DNA from: an uncultured Actinomycetes bacterium | GTDB lineage: Bacteria; Actinomycetota; Thermoleophilia; UBA2241 | Assembly: GCA_963725665.1 (NCBI GenBank) | Contig: CAVRZA010000001.1 | Span: 448,001-512,000 of the forward strand | Length of the DNA stretch: 64,000 bases | Direction: 5' to 3' | Part shown: positions 30,167 through 40,778 of the stretch, piece by piece | Layout of the letters: each line of letters opens with the position of its first letter | Position numbering within the stretch: position 1 is the stretch's first letter | Notes under the pieces: generated by a model | Databases searched by the model: none | Seen by the model: the letters and a program-made list of their open reading frames with translations, nothing else | Told to the model about the DNA's origin: nothing | Made by a program: the position numbers and the translations under genes

Positions 30167-31417
30167 CTACCTGGCCGCGAACACCAGCCCGGCGATCAGC
30201 GCTGCCGCCTCCTCCTGCATCGCCGGGATGGCGTGCGAGTAGGTGTCGAGCGTGATCGAGACGGTGGCGTGGCCGAGGCGTTCTGAGACGACCTTGGGAT
30301 GCACGCCGGCCTGCAGGGCCAGGGTCGCGTGCGTGTGGCGCAGGTCGTGCAGCCTGATCTGCGGCAGCATCGCCTTCTTGACGGCCTGACGCCAGTAGCG
30401 TGAGACGTCCTCGGGGTCGAGGGCCTCGCCGTTCTCGAGCGTGAAGACGAGGCCCGTCTCGACCCAGCCCTCCTCCCACTCGCTCTGCTCGTCGAGCTGG
30501 CGCTGAGCCTGGGCCTTCAGGACCTCGACGGTGGCCGGGTCGAGGGCGATGACGCGGCGGCCCTTGGCCGTCTTGGGCTCGCTCACGACGACCTCGCCCT
30601 TGATGGGGATGAGGGCGCGACGCACGGAGAGACGCGCGTTCTCGAGGTCGACGTCGCCCAGCGCAGGCCGAGGGCTTCGCCGCGCCTCATGCCGGTCATG
30701 GCGATCAGGTGCCAGAGGGCGTGGAGGCGGTCGTCCTTCACCGAGTCGAGGAACGCCTTCAGCTGCTCCTTGGTCCAGGTCTGCATCTCCTTCGTGCCGT
30801 CGCCGTTGCCGCGCGGCGGGTCGGCGGCATCGAGCGGGTTGCGTGCGATGTAGCCCCATCTGACCGCGTCCTTGCACGCCTTGTGCAGACAGGAGTGCAC
30901 GTGGTGGATGGTCATGGGGGAGAGGCCCTTCTTGCCGTCCTTCTTGCCGTTCTCGACGAGCTTGGCGTAGAGAGCGTTGACCTGCGATCCGGTGAGCTTG
31001 GCCAGCTTCATGGCGCCGATGTGCGGCACGATGTGGTAGTCGACGTGCTGCATGTAGGAGTTGTAGGTGGAAGGGCGGATGGTCGCCTTCACCGCCGGCA
31101 GCCACTCCTTGGTCAGGTACTCCTTCACGGTCATCTTGGTCGGCGGCGGTAGGTCTGCTGCTCGACGGCCACCAGGAGCTTGTTCATCGCCGCCTGGCAC
31201 TCCTTCTGCGTGGCGAAGCCGCCCTTGATCGCGCCGGCGCTCGCTCGATGCTCTCTGCGAGTTCGCCACCACATCTGGGGCACGACGTCTTCGGTCTTGC
31301 GCTCCACCCAGTAGCCGCTTCTTGCAGGCTCGGGCAGCGCTGGGCGTCGTGCATGCCGACGTCGACGATGTACTCCCAGCTGCCGGGGTCACCGCGTTTG
31401 CGGACGTGGCCTCTCAC
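30167..31417 (-). pseudogene. Tyrosine integrase A, full length but frameshifted (copy #5)
   Basis: Arm-binding N-terminus MRGHVRKRG..W, core-binding domain, TGMRRGE, PKT, HDLRH, LGH and DTY, spread over at least three frames. Confidence 0.93.
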
Positions 31418-31779
31418 TGCTCGGCATCCTTCGCACTGGTGGGACTATGCGCTTGGCTGTCGTGACTCGGGCACTCGCCCGCCTTGCCTGGCACAGCCGG
31501 CCCCAGCAGTCCCATTTCGCGCGCGCGCTGCACCCAGCGGCGCAGCGTGGAGAGCGAGACGTACCGCTGCTCCTGCATGTAGGCGTAGGGGTTTGTGGGA
31601 TGTCGCAGCAGGCCCTCCCTGTAGAGAGCGGCGATGTCCTCGTAGAACGGGGGCTCGTACGCGCGTCGACCGCTCCGAGCGGGGCGCTTGGCAGGTGGCG
31701 CGGGCTCCGCGAGCAGCTGGGCTAGGCCGAGCAGGCGGGCTCGTCGAACCGACCTACGTCGGACACTCAGGATTCGAGT
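31414..31779 (-). pseudogene. 5'-truncated HTH DNA-binding protein coupled to the integrase
   Basis: Manual translation gives FYEDIAALYREG..YVSLSTLRRWVQRAREMGLLGP; its TGA overlaps the int GTG; no start found for the full open frame. Confidence 0.6.
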
Positions 31780-32172
31780 TCAGGAGATGAGGACGGAGGA
31801 CGCAATGGAACCGCGAGTTCTCAGTGGAGGGAGGGCGCACCCACCTCTCCCATCTCCACGTGCAACCACCCTGCAACCCACTAGTCCCCAGAGGCTGCCC
31901 GAGTCGACATGAGGTGTCCGGGCGGAGAGGCCTCCCCCGGCCCGCGGAGGGTATCTCCGTCACGCTGTGAATGGCCATGAGGGGCCTCCCCGGTGGCATG
32001 CTCCACGTGTCAGCGATGGAGCGGCCAGAAGGAGGGCTCGTCGCGGACTTCTACTGGGTCCTCGGCTACACGGTGGTGTTCTTCGCCCTGGGCGTTCTCG
32101 CCTTCAGACGGAGGATGGTAGAGTGAGCCGGCCCCGAGCAAAGACCGTCATCAGCGTAGAGGGAGGCATCCC

Positions 32173-32815
32173 ATGGCCACGCAGCCCGAGTCTTACGCCG
32201 CCCGCCTGGACATCGACTACCCGGAGAAGCTCGATCGGCTCACGACCTTGTTCCGGCTGCATCTGGATCATCCCAATCGCCATCGTCTACGGCGTGCTCT
32301 CCTCCGCCGTAACGTGGACGGAGGTCACCCACACTGGCGCCACGATCACAAGGACCGGCGGGGGGATTACCGGCGGCCTCTTCTTCGCGACCCTGCTGAT
32401 GCTGCTGTTCCGGCAGAAGTACCCGCGCTGGTGGTTCGACTTCGCGCGGGAGTTCACACGTTTCGGGGCGCGGGTCTCCGCCTACTTCGTCTTGCTCACC
32501 GACGCGTATCCTTCGACGACCGACGAGCAGTCGGTGCACCTCGAGTTAGACTACCCCGACGTCGAGCGCGACCTCACCCGCTGGATGCCCCTAGTCAAGT
32601 GGCTGCTGGCCATCCCGCACTACATCGTGCTCTTCGTACTCGTCATCGGCGCCGTCTTCGCCGTGATCATCGCCTGGTTCGCCATTCTCTTCACCGGGCG
32701 GTATCCTCGCGGGTTGTTCGACTACGTCGTCGGCGTCGGCAGGTGGTCACTGCGGGTCGAGGCCTACGCCTTCCTGCTCGTCACCGACCGCTACCCGCCG
32801 TTCAGCCTGCGATGA
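32173..32815 (+). pseudogene. DUF4389-like membrane protein, frameshift near 32260
   Basis: Two internal repeats (DYP..L.R; LLAIPHYIVL; LVTDRYPPFSL). Confidence 0.75.
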
Positions 32816-32879
32816 TCTGAGGGGCGACGGGCCGTCCCGGATCCGGGCGGCAGCGGGCTGCGATTGCACCGAAGTCGTG

Positions 32880-33059
32880 GCGTGCCGCCATGTGCAAACA
32901 CGGCGTCACGAACAATCCGTCTTCCCTTGGCAGAACGACTACGTCTTCATCACATCCGACATTCTCGAGCGCGAGCCCACCGTGGAGGTGTTCGACGATG
33001 AGCCCGCGTGGGAACTCAGCGGCCACTGTCCGATCGCGATCGAGTGGGGAGACGCCTGA
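32880..33059 (+). pseudogene. Endonuclease/exonuclease/phosphatase C-terminal fragment
   Basis: WQNDYVF...LSGHCPI resembles the DY..SDHxP motifs. Confidence 0.5.
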
Positions 33060-33203
33060 ACACCATCGGAACAGCGCCGCCTCCCACCGCAGGCGTCTCC
33101 GGCCTCGCCAGGGCGGTGAGCTCTCGCAATCCGTGCCCCGGGTTGGCCATGCGCGATGCGGGGAACACTCAGCCATCCACGAAGAAATTAGGAGGCGTCC
33201 TCC

Positions 33204-33693
33204 ATGCCTGCTGTAGAACAGTCCATCGACGTGAACGTCGACGTGTCCACGGCCTACGACCAGTGGACCAGGTTCGAGAGCTTCCCTCAGTGGATGGAGG
33301 GGGTTGCGTCGGTCGACCAGATCGACGACACGCCACCTCCACTGGGTGGCCAAGGTCAAGAACGAGGTCGCCGAGGTCGAGAACGAGACCCGTGAGTGGG
33401 ACGCCCAGATCACCGGGCGAATCCGCGACGAGCGCATCTCCTGGGAGAGCGTCGGCGGGGATCCTGATGCGAAGCCAAATGCGGGGCAGGCCACGTTTGA
33501 ACCGCTCGGCGATTCGGCCTGCCGCGTCACCTTTCGGATGGAGTGGGAGCCGGAAGGTAAGCTCAAGTCGAATGAAAGCTACGTGCTCGCTGCAGTGACC
33601 CAGGTGGTGACGGCGGATCTCGCGCGCTTCAAGGACTTCATCGAGGCGCGCGGTGAGGAGACCGGCTCGTGGCGCGGCGAGATGGGCGTCTGA
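33204..33693 (+). pseudogene. SRPBCC/cyclase-family protein, frameshift near 33335
   Basis: AYDQWTRFESFPQWMEGV, then DLARFKDFIEARGEETGSWRG in another frame. Confidence 0.8.
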
Positions 33694-33737
33694 GAGACGT
33701 CCTAGAGACCGCCGCTCCTCAGGGACGTGATGAAACG

Positions 33738-34758
33738 ATGAAGGCGATCGTGCAAGAGAGGTACGGATCTCCTGATGATCTGGAGCTCCGAGACGTCGAG
33801 AAGCCGGTGGTCGGCGATGACGAAGTCCTCGTGCGCGTTCAAGCGGCTTCGCTCCACCCGGACGTGTGGCACGTCGTGACCGGGCGACCCTTCCGTCCTA
33901 CGCCTGATGGGAGCTGGGTTCTCCAGACCCAAGAACCCGATCCCCGGTACGGACATGGCGGGGATCGTCGAGTCTGTCGGCAAGAGCGTGACACGGTTTC
34001 GTCCCGGCGACCCGGTGTTCGGCGAGACGATTCCCGCCCAGCAATGGGTCAACGGCGGCGCCTTCGCCGAGTATGTGTCCGTCCGTCAAGACCTGCTGGC
34101 GCTAAAACCGGACGACGTCACCTTCGAGCAAGCCGCCTCCGTCCCGACCTCCGGCTTCATCGCCCTGCAGAACCTCCGCGGCCTGAGTCAGCGGCGGGGG
34201 CAGATGGTGCTGATCAACGGTGGCGGGGGCGGGGTGGGCGCGCTCGCCGTGCAGATCGCCAAGGCCTACGGCGCGCACGTGACCGCCGTGGACAGCACGA
34301 GCAAGCTGGGGATGCTGCGCTCGCTCGGGGCAGACGAGGTCGTCGACTACTCACGGGAAGACTTCACGCGACGTGGCGTTCGCTACGACCTCATCTTCGA
34401 CGTCCCGGGGAACTACCCGTTCTCCGCCTGTCGGCGCGCGCTCAAACCTGACGGGAGATACGTGCTCATCGGGCATGAGCGCTTTGGAGCATCAGGCAAG
34501 CGCGTGTTCGGGCTCATCCCCCATTTCCTCACGCTCATGGTGCTCTCACGCTTCGTGAGGCAGCTGCGCGGTCCGGGCGTATCGGTGCCCACCAAGAACG
34601 AAGCGATCGCCGTCCTCAGGGAACTCCTCGAGACCGGGAAGATCACGCCGATCATCGACAGCACGTACCACCTCAGTGAGGTTCGCGAGGCGTTCCGGCA
34701 CATGATCGAGCACGAGCTCCAAGGTAAGGTGATCGTCACTCCGGCGGAAGCTGTCTGA
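33738..34758 (+). pseudogene. MDR-family NAD(P)-dependent dehydrogenase, frameshift near 33895
   Basis: MKAIVQERYGSPD, INGGGGGVG and GKVIV. Confidence 0.85.
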
Positions 34759-34853
34759 CGACGGCATGCACCTGACCAGGCTACACGCCACAGGTCATGC
34801 CGAGGTCGTAGATAGCACTCGGAGGGGGCGTGGCTGCGCGACGTCCTCGACAG

Positions 34854-35012
34854 CTAGTGCTCCGCGAACACCAGCCCCGCGATCAGCGCTGCCGCCTCCC
34901 CCTGCACCGCCGGGGTGGCGTGCGAGTAGGCGTTGAGCGTGATCGAGACGGTGGCGTGACCAAGCCGCTCGGACACGACCTTGGGGTGCACGCCGGCCTG
35001 CAGCGCCAGGGT
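34854..35012 (-). repeat. Integrase A 3' tail #6
   Basis: TLALQAGVHPKVVSERLGHATVSITLNAYSHATPAVQGEAAALIAGLVFAEH*. Confidence 0.93.
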
Positions 35013-35023
35013 GAGCAACAGCA

Positions 35024-35641
35024 TCAAGTGTTCTTCAGCACGATGCTCTCGAGGATGTTGGCGACGTCCTCACACTGGTCGATCGCACCCTCGAGTGTCG
35101 CGTAGATGTCCTTCCACTTGATGATGTCGGTGCACTTCATGTCGCCGTCGAACAGCTCGGCGACGGCGTCGCGATAGAGCCGGTCGCCGTCGTTTTCGAG
35201 GCGGTTGACCTCGATCCAGTGCTCGTCGAGGCCCTTGCGCTTCTCGAGGTTGTCGATGGCCGTCTTGAGCACGGCCGTCTGCTTGGCGATCACCGCGGCC
35301 TGCTCGACGGCCTGCTTCGTGGGCGCCTCGATGCGGTAGAGGACCATCATGTCGGCCGCCGCTTCGATGCTGTCGAGGACTTCGTCGAGGGTGGCGGCGA
35401 GGTCGTAGATGTCTTCGCGCTCGAGGGGCGTGATGAAGGTCTTGTTCAGGCGCCCGACGATGTCGTGCACGAGCTTGTCGCCGACGTGCTCGAGATCGAA
35501 CATCTGGCGGGCCTTGCCCTTCGCGTCGTGGAAGTCGCTCGTGAGCGAGACGAGGAGCTGCGCCGCCGCGTCGAGGTTGGCGGCGAACTCCGAGAACAGG
35601 CGGAAGTACTCCCGCTCCTGCGGTACCAGGTTGAGTTTCAC
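35024..35641 (-). CDS. DUF47 / phosphate transport regulator (PhoU-like)
   Basis: LNKTFITPLEREDI, RLENDGD and IKWKDIY; GGAGG before GTG at 35641. Confidence 0.88.
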   Translation of the reverse strand: MKLNLVPQEREYFRLFSEFAANLDAAAQLLVSLTSDFHDAKGKARQMFDLEHVGDKLVHDIVGRLNKTFITPLEREDIYDLAATLDEVLDSIEAAADMMVLYRIEAPTKQAVEQAAVIAKQTAVLKTAIDNLEKRKGLDEHWIEVNRLENDGDRLYRDAVAELFDGDMKCTDIIKWKDIYATLEGAIDQCEDVANILESIVLKNT

Positions 35642-35846
35642 GCGGCCCCCTCCTGACCGGTCAAGCCCCTCTTCATAGGCAAGCGAGGGGCGGGGCCCTC
35701 GGGACATCTATGGTAGCGGAGTGGCACGGCGGATCAACCGATGGGCCGACACCCACAGCACCCTCCGACTGAGACCAGCGACGCGATCGTTACCCCCGGG
35801 CTACGGATGCGACCGCTGCGGGTGCACGATGGCTGCGGACCTCAAG

Positions 35847-36320
35847 TCACTCGGTGCTGAACACCAGCCCCGCGATCAGTGCCGCCGCCTCCTCCTGCAT
35901 CGCCGGGATGGCATGCGAGTAGGTGTCGAGGGTGATCGAGACGGTGGCGTGACCGAGGCGCTCGGAGACGACCTTGGGATGCACACCGGCCTGCAGGGCC
36001 AGCGTCGCATGGGTGTGGCGCAGGTCGTGCAGACGGATCTGTGGCAACATCGCCTTCTTGACCGCCTGACGGAAGTAGCGTGAGACATCCTCGGGGTCGA
36101 GGGCCTCGCCGTTCTCGAGCGTGAAGACGAACCCCGTCTCGACCCACCCGTCCGCCCAGTCGCTCTGCTCGTCGAGCTGGCGTTGAGCCTGCTTCTTGAG
36201 GACCTCGACGGTTGCGGGGTCGAGGGCGATCACCCGCCGACCTTTGGCTGTCTTGGGCTCACTGACGACGACCTCGCCGTTGATGGGGATGAGGGCGCGG
36301 CGTACAGAGAGACGAGCGTT
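35847..36320 (-). repeat. Integrase A 3' tail #7 (about 470 bp)
   Basis: NARLSVRRALIP..HDLRH..GLVFSTE*, nearly the same protein as 30167-30640. Confidence 0.96.
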
Positions 36321-37557
36321 ACTGCAGTCCGGGAGAGGTAGTCGCCGGCACCGCCGGCCGGACTCTCTGCAGCGCAAACAGGACGCTGCCCAGCAAGCCT
36401 GTCGCCAAGATGAGCAGGCAGGCGCCGCGTGCACCCAGATCGTCCATGGCAATCCCACCCAGGGTGGGTCCCAGGGCGAGACCGCCTATCCAGACCAGCG
36501 TCCAGGCGCCCATGTAGCGTCCCCGCAACTCCTCGGGGGCCATCTCGGAGACGATCGTCGACGATATAGGCACGAGCAGCACCACGCCCAGGCTGACCAG
36601 TAGCACCAACGCCACGATGGGCCAGCCTGGCCCAACGAAGGCCACGCCGCCCATCCCAAGCCCGATGAGAGCGCTGGCGACCGCCATGAGGCTCATCTTG
36701 TCGCAGCCGCGCAGGCGGCGCACGAGGGGGTACTGCAGGAGCACTGCGGTCAGCGCGTAGAGGGTAACGAGCAGGCCCCAGTTGGCGGCCGAGATGCCGA
36801 GCAGGCTGGCCACCGCCACGGGGAAGGTCACCCAGAGCTGACCAAAGCCGTAGAGCGGCAGCACCATAAGAGTGCAGAAGGCAAGGAAGTGACGATCGGC
36901 AAAGACGACACGATAGCCGGCCAGCGTCGAGACGGCGGTCTCGGCCTGTGTGCGCGTGGCGGGCTTGGTCTCTTTGAGCCAGAGCAGGGTGAGCAGCACG
37001 AAGAGCAGGCAGACCGCGCCCCCCAGGGCAAAGAGGGTGCGGAAGCCGAACCCGGCGCGGAGCAGGAAGCTAGCGCAGAGGGGCCCCACGACCATGCCGG
37101 CGCTCACGGCCACGCGACTTAGGGAGTAGGCCTCGGCCCGTCGGGCGAGGGGCGTGAGGTCGGCGATGATGGCGTTGTTGGCCGTCATGAACATGGCCCA
37201 GCCACAGCCGGCCTCGAAGGCGATCACGAGCACTACTGGCCAGAGGCCTTGCGAGAAGGCGAGGCCTTCCCAGAGGACGGCGCTGGCGCAGATACCGAGG
37301 ACGAGCACGGGGCGACGGCCGTAACGGTCGGCGATAGCGCCACCGAGGATCAGCACGGGCAGGCCGACGAACATCGGCAAGCCGATGATGAGCCCGACGG
37401 TCGTCATGGTAATGTGCAGGTGGCCGTGCAGGTAGATAGTCTCGTAGGGGTAGCCAAAGTTATAGCCCAGGTGGAAGATGAAGGTGCCCGTCACAAGCAG
37501 CCAGAAGGCGGCCGGGAAGACTCGGCCGCGAGCGCGCACGCTTGTTAGCAACCCCAC
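36319..37557 (-). CDS. MFS transporter
   Basis: GAIADRYGRRPV motif A and about 12 TMs; its stop sits exactly at the junction with tail #7. Confidence 0.9.
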   Translation of the reverse strand: MGLLTSVRARGRVFPAAFWLLVTGTFIFHLGYNFGYPYETIYLHGHLHITMTTVGLIIGLPMFVGLPVLILGGAIADRYGRRPVLVLGICASAVLWEGLAFSQGLWPVVLVIAFEAGCGWAMFMTANNAIIADLTPLARRAEAYSLSRVAVSAGMVVGPLCASFLLRAGFGFRTLFALGGAVCLLFVLLTLLWLKETKPATRTQAETAVSTLAGYRVVFADRHFLAFCTLMVLPLYGFGQLWVTFPVAVASLLGISAANWGLLVTLYALTAVLLQYPLVRRLRGCDKMSLMAVASALIGLGMGGVAFVGPGWPIVALVLLVSLGVVLLVPISSTIVSEMAPEELRGRYMGAWTLVWIGGLALGPTLGGIAMDDLGARGACLLILATGLLGSVLFALQRVRPAVPATTSPGLQ

Positions 37558-37862
37558 GGCGGTCCTCTCCCTCTCCCCGCTAGCTGCCTCTTGTCATCCT
37601 AGCTCACACAGCGCCTGCCCGCGCCCTGGTCGGCAGCGGCGAGGCTGGCCGAATCAGTTGGATGGGCAGTTGCTGCTGCGGCAGGATCTCCAACAGCTCG
37701 TCCGCCGGCATCGCGTCGGCGGTGACACCGAAGTGGCTGCACGTGCCGAGGATCTTCAGACGCGACACGTTACGTGAACCTGTGACGACTGTGTCCGGGG
37801 ACTCAACCATCCCGCTTGGACGCCGGCGCGGCGGATGGCAGAACCGGTGTACGCTACCCGCC

Positions 37863-38198
37863 ATGTCGGCCTTCAACATCTCCTTCATGCGCGTCGATCG
37901 CGACGAAGACCCAACGATCGCGGAGAGCTTCACTCGGGCAGTCGACTGGCCGCTCCTGCCGCGCGAAGGTAAAGGCCTCGACCTCGGCGAGGGGACTCCG
38001 TTACCGTCGAGAGCGTTGGCTGTGACTTCGACGGCTACCCGAACGTCTTCATCGGGCGCCTCGTGCTTGACGACCTCCGGGCGGCGCAACTGCGCAAACT
38101 GGCCTGGCGCGCAAGCCCGCTTCCGTTCAGCCGTCGCTGACGTTCGCCTACTCGCCGCCGGGAAACCGGGTCTGTTCCTGCGGCCCGACACCTCTTGA
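37863..38198 (+). CDS. Hypothetical protein, possibly frameshifted remnant
   Basis: ATG at 37863; plausible N-terminus MSAFNISFMRVDRDED..WPLLPREG; no family recognised. Confidence 0.3.
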   Translation: MSAFNISFMRVDRDEDPTIAESFTRAVDWPLLPREGKGLDLGEGTPLPSRALAVTSTATRTSSSGASCLTTSGRRNCANWPGAQARFRSAVADVRLLAAGKPGLFLRPDTS

Positions 38199-38404
38199 AG
38201 ACCTATGACGAGGCCGCGCCGCATCATCCCGCCGTCCGGCAGCTGGCGCGGCTCCGCTGCAGGACTCCTCAAACAGGCCGGGTTCACGGCGCCCCGCGCC
38301 AAGTCTTCCGCCGGAGTCCTGACGGCCGCGCGTCTGGCATGTAGAGTCTGCGGCTGAGTGTGGCGGTGCAGGGACGCCGCCGGGCGGTGCCCAAGGGGGA
38401 GGGC

Positions 38405-39364
38405 ATGGAACACGCGATACCCGCCGGGTTCGAGGTGCGTCGCGCGCGACTAGACGATGCGGAGGCCGTCACGGCGCTGGTTGCCGCCTCGCAGGAGGCG
38501 CTGCGCGGCGAGGCCGAGATCAGCCGCGCGAGCGTGCTGCGCAAGTGGCGCGCGCCTCGTTTCCATCTCGAGCGCGACGCGTGGCTGGTGCAGGCTGACG
38601 ATGGACGCGTGGTGGCGTTCGGCGCCGTCCGCGAGTCCGTCCCGGGGGAGGAGTTCGAGGGCAATCTCGCCGTGCATCCCGACTACCGCGGCCTCGGCCT
38701 CGGCATGTACATCCTCGAGCGGGAGGAGGAGCGGGTGCGCGAGGCGATCGCAACGTCGGGTGCAGGCGTCGCATCACTGCGTACCTGGAGCAGTGCCGAC
38801 GCCGCCGAGCGCGAGCTCTTCGCCCAGGCCGACTTTCGCTGCGTGGCCGTCTTCTTGCGCATGGAGAAGGACCTGGCCAAGGAGCCCGAGCCTCCGGCGT
38901 TGCCAGACGGCATCCAGCCTCGGGCTTTTCGCCGCGGCGAGGACGACGCCGCCGTGTACACGGTCCTCGTCGAGGCGTTCGGCGCGGACAGCGGCGACCT
39001 CTGGGCCGATGCGGCGCAGTGGAGCCGCGACGTGGTGGACGACCCGCGCGCCGAGCCTGGCTTGTGGCTCCTCGCCTGCGAAGGCGACGAGGTCGTCGGC
39101 GTCGCCATCTGCTCCTTCGCCAACCCCAGGGGCGTCATCGAGCGCCTCGCCGTGCGCCCGGGGTGGCAGGGCAGGGGCATCGGCGGCGCCCTGCTGCGCG
39201 GCGCCTTCGTCGTTCTCTACCGGCGCGGCGCCGCCAAGGTGATCCTTGCCGTCGAGCTCGAAGTGGCCGTCGAGGCGCTCGACCTCTACCGGCGCGCCGG
39301 CATGGAGGAGGTGCGCCGCATCGAGTTCTTCGAGAAGCGCATCGCTCGCGCCATGGACTTCTGA
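38405..39364 (+). CDS. Tandem GNAT acetyltransferase
   Basis: VHPDYRGLGLG and VRPGWQGRGIG acetyl-CoA motifs. Confidence 0.88.
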   Translation: MEHAIPAGFEVRRARLDDAEAVTALVAASQEALRGEAEISRASVLRKWRAPRFHLERDAWLVQADDGRVVAFGAVRESVPGEEFEGNLAVHPDYRGLGLGMYILEREEERVREAIATSGAGVASLRTWSSADAAERELFAQADFRCVAVFLRMEKDLAKEPEPPALPDGIQPRAFRRGEDDAAVYTVLVEAFGADSGDLWADAAQWSRDVVDDPRAEPGLWLLACEGDEVVGVAICSFANPRGVIERLAVRPGWQGRGIGGALLRGAFVVLYRRGAAKVILAVELEVAVEALDLYRRAGMEEVRRIEFFEKRIARAMDF

Positions 39365-39527
39365 GACGACGAGGGCTGGCGGAGCGACACGGGAGTGGAA
39401 CTCGCCCGGTACAGGAGCACTGCCCCGCGGGCGGTCATGAAGATCTGCGCCACCGCGAGGCTGTCTCAAGTGCGGTTCCTACGAGGGCATATCATGTCCG
39501 CATCCACGACGGATCGGGGGCGCGACG

Positions 39528-40481
39528 ATGAGGGCGATCGTTCAGGACGGGTACGGCTCAACCGACGTTCTGCGACTGAAGGACATCGACACGCCGGTGG
39601 CCGGCGACGGTGAGGTGCTTCTCCGCGTTCACGCGGCCGGCCTCAACGCCGGTGACTACTTCACCATGAGAGGCGTGCCCGTCCTCATCCGCCTAACGAT
39701 GGGTCTGCGCAGACCGAGGAACGGACGCGTGGTGGGATGGGATGTGGCCGGGCGCGTCGAGGCGGTCGGCAGCACCGTGACGCGGCTTCGACCGGGGGAC
39801 GAGGTATTTGGTGCCTGCAGCTGCACCTGTGCGGAGTATGTGTCTGCCAAGGAAGAGAGGTTCGTGCTCAAGCCGGCCGACCTCAGCTTTGAGCAGGCGG
39901 CAGCCGTACCGACGGCGGCAGCCACCGCCCTGCTCGCTCTTCGCGATGTGGGCAAGGTAGGTCCGGGGCAGAAGGTCTTGGTCAACGGTGCCTCGGGGGG
40001 CGTGGGCACGTTCGCCGTGCAGATCGCGAAGTGGCTCGGAGCGGAAGTCACCGGCGTCTGTAGCAGCAGGAACATCGATCTGATCCGCTCGCTTGGCGCC
40101 GACCACGTCATCGACTACACGCAGGAGGACTTCACGCAGGGTGGGCAGCGCTACGACCTCATCCTCGACAATGTCGGCAGCCGTTCCTTCTCAGACCACA
40201 GACTAGTCCTCACGCCCCATGGCAGGCTGATACCGAACACCGGCCATGCCGGTATGGGCTACGTCGTCAAGGCGTTTGCCTTGTCCGCAGTCGTGCGCCA
40301 GATAGCACGCCCGTTTCTTGGCACCCCGGCCAATGAGGACCTTGTCCTTCTGAAGGGACTCCTTGAGTCGGGGAAGGTGAGGCCGGTCATCGACAGGACC
40401 TACCCGCTGGAGGAGACGCCGCAGGCGATCGCCTATCTCGGGCTGGGACACGCTCGAGGAAAGGTCGTCATCACGGCATAG
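39528..40481 (+). CDS. MDR-family NAD(P)-dependent dehydrogenase
   Basis: VNGASGGVG and HARGKVVI; paralog of 33738-34758. Confidence 0.9.
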   Translation: MRAIVQDGYGSTDVLRLKDIDTPVAGDGEVLLRVHAAGLNAGDYFTMRGVPVLIRLTMGLRRPRNGRVVGWDVAGRVEAVGSTVTRLRPGDEVFGACSCTCAEYVSAKEERFVLKPADLSFEQAAAVPTAAATALLALRDVGKVGPGQKVLVNGASGGVGTFAVQIAKWLGAEVTGVCSSRNIDLIRSLGADHVIDYTQEDFTQGGQRYDLILDNVGSRSFSDHRLVLTPHGRLIPNTGHAGMGYVVKAFALSAVVRQIARPFLGTPANEDLVLLKGLLESGKVRPVIDRTYPLEETPQAIAYLGLGHARGKVVITA

Positions 40482-40778
40482 CGTCCCGCGGGCGTGCATC
40501 GACGGGGGGTCGGCCCATTGTCGGTGGCGGTCTGAGAACGCCTGCAAGGGGCGGTGCTTCCATCGCCTGATACGTCATCAAGACCTGTGACGCCAGGGCC
40601 TGCTCGCCGTCGTCGCTGGTCTGGCCGGGCTTCTCTCTTGCCGACTACAGTCCCCCGTCCCGTAGGCCGAAGATAGTCATGGGACTAACATGGAAAGTGG
40701 ACCGACGAATGGGGTCCGGTCAGCCGGTATCGATGAGTCGCATCAGGCGGCGATCGGACTTGCAGAGGGGGATCTTTG

